From Lysobacterales bacterium (GTDB taxonomy: Bacteria; Pseudomonadota; Gammaproteobacteria; Xanthomonadales; SZUA-36), in assembly GCA_026193295.1 (NCBI GenBank), contig JAPHSB010000414.1, positions 1 through 37,418 on the forward strand: a stretch of 37,418 bases of DNA, given 5' to 3'. The position numbers and the translations under genes are program-made. This document shows positions 37,133 through 37,418 of this stretch, one piece after another. The notes beneath the pieces were generated by a model, which was given only the letters and a program-made list of their open reading frames with translations, had not been told where the DNA came from and did no database searches. Each line of letters opens with the position of its first letter. The stretch's first letter is position 1.

Positions 37133-37418
37133 GTGGAAACCAATCCGCTCAGTAATCTGTTGACCGACCTGGCGCACCGTACCGATGCGCTTAGGGGGTA
37201 TCTTTGACTACGCTCACAAGCGCGACCGCCTGGAAGAAGTAAGCCGGGAACTGGAAGATCCAAATATCTGGAACAAGCCTGAGAAGGCCCAGGCGCTGGG
37301 TCGCGAGCGCGCACAACTGGAAACGATCGTCAAGACGCTGGACTCGCTCGGTAAAGGGCTGGCCGACGCCGGTGAAATGCTCGAGCTTGCCATCGAGGAG
37401 CAGGACGTAGAAACGGCG
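37133..37418 (+). CDS. prfB: Peptide chain release factor 2, 5' part (partial, requires a +1 frameshift at 37205)
   Basis: Frame 1 runs from GTG at 37133 to 37204 (V/METNPLSNLLTDLAHRTDALRGYL), followed by an in-frame TGA at 37205-37207. The +1 frame continues from 37206 as DYAHKRDRLEEVSRELEDPNIWNKPEKAQALGRERAQLETIV..., which closely parallels the E. coli and Pseudomonas RF2 N-termini. An ATG at 37103 is a less likely alternative start. Confidence 0.9.
37193..37208 (+). other. Programmed +1 ribosomal frameshift site of prfB
   Basis: AGG GGG TAT CTT TGA C is identical to the classical E. coli prfB recoding cassette: an internal SD-like AGGGGG, a 3-nt spacer, the slippery CTT, and a TGA stop followed by C. 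Confidence 0.85.

Noticed and set aside
1-37418. Mobile elements, CRISPR arrays, tRNA/rRNA/tmRNA genes, prophage or defence-system genes
   Set aside because: No transposase, integrase or recombinase-like translation appears in any frame. There are no regularly spaced repeats. No non-coding gap is long enough or structured like a tRNA or tmRNA; the largest gaps are 308 bp (dnaK-dnaJ), 219 bp (upstream of prfB) and about 160 bp.

Overview
High-GC, gene-dense chromosomal segment that looks gammaproteobacterial. Nearly every gap between genes is under 160 bp. I found no rRNA, tRNA, CRISPR array, transposase, integrase or phage gene. The core (about 10.8-26.9 kb) is a conserved housekeeping backbone: smpB, ratA, rnfH, bamE, fur, recN, grpE, dnaK, dnaJ, carA, carB, greA, an RpfE-like gene and recJ. 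From memory this order matches the Pseudomonas fur-to-greA region, but dapB is absent between dnaJ and carA. sigma32-type heat-shock promoters are readable upstream of grpE and dnaK, with a weaker one upstream of dnaJ. The right edge carries the 5' part of prfB with the canonical programmed +1 frameshift site. The left edge carries the 5' end of fbp. Three blocks look accessory. (1) 0.4-7.8 kb is a tightly packed minus-strand operon of TonB-dependent receptor, TPR-sulfotransferase, exported SxxK serine hydrolase and MFS transporter, followed by a LuxR-type regulator whose receiver domain lacks the phospho-acceptor Asp. (2) 7.9-10.8 kb is a MocR/GntR-aminotransferase-like regulator with an extra C-terminal module of about 115 aa, followed by a carbon-nitrogen hydrolase, both directly downstream of smpB. 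(3) 27.0-36.9 kb is a beta-oxidation-type cluster: two SDRs, a quinone-oxidoreductase-like MDR, a thiolase, an MFE-2-like SDR, a MaoC hydratase and two adjacent acyl-CoA dehydrogenases. It is divergently paired with an internally duplicated (two-module) TetR regulator and flanked by a secreted protein that looks like an internal tandem duplication. A 100-nt AT-rich, rare-codon patch inside carB is a further oddity. Nothing here matches a recognisable defence or mobile system. The most novel candidates are the TBDR/sulfotransferase operon, the extended MocR regulator and the fused double TetR. All functional calls come from reading motifs in the translations by eye; no database search was run.
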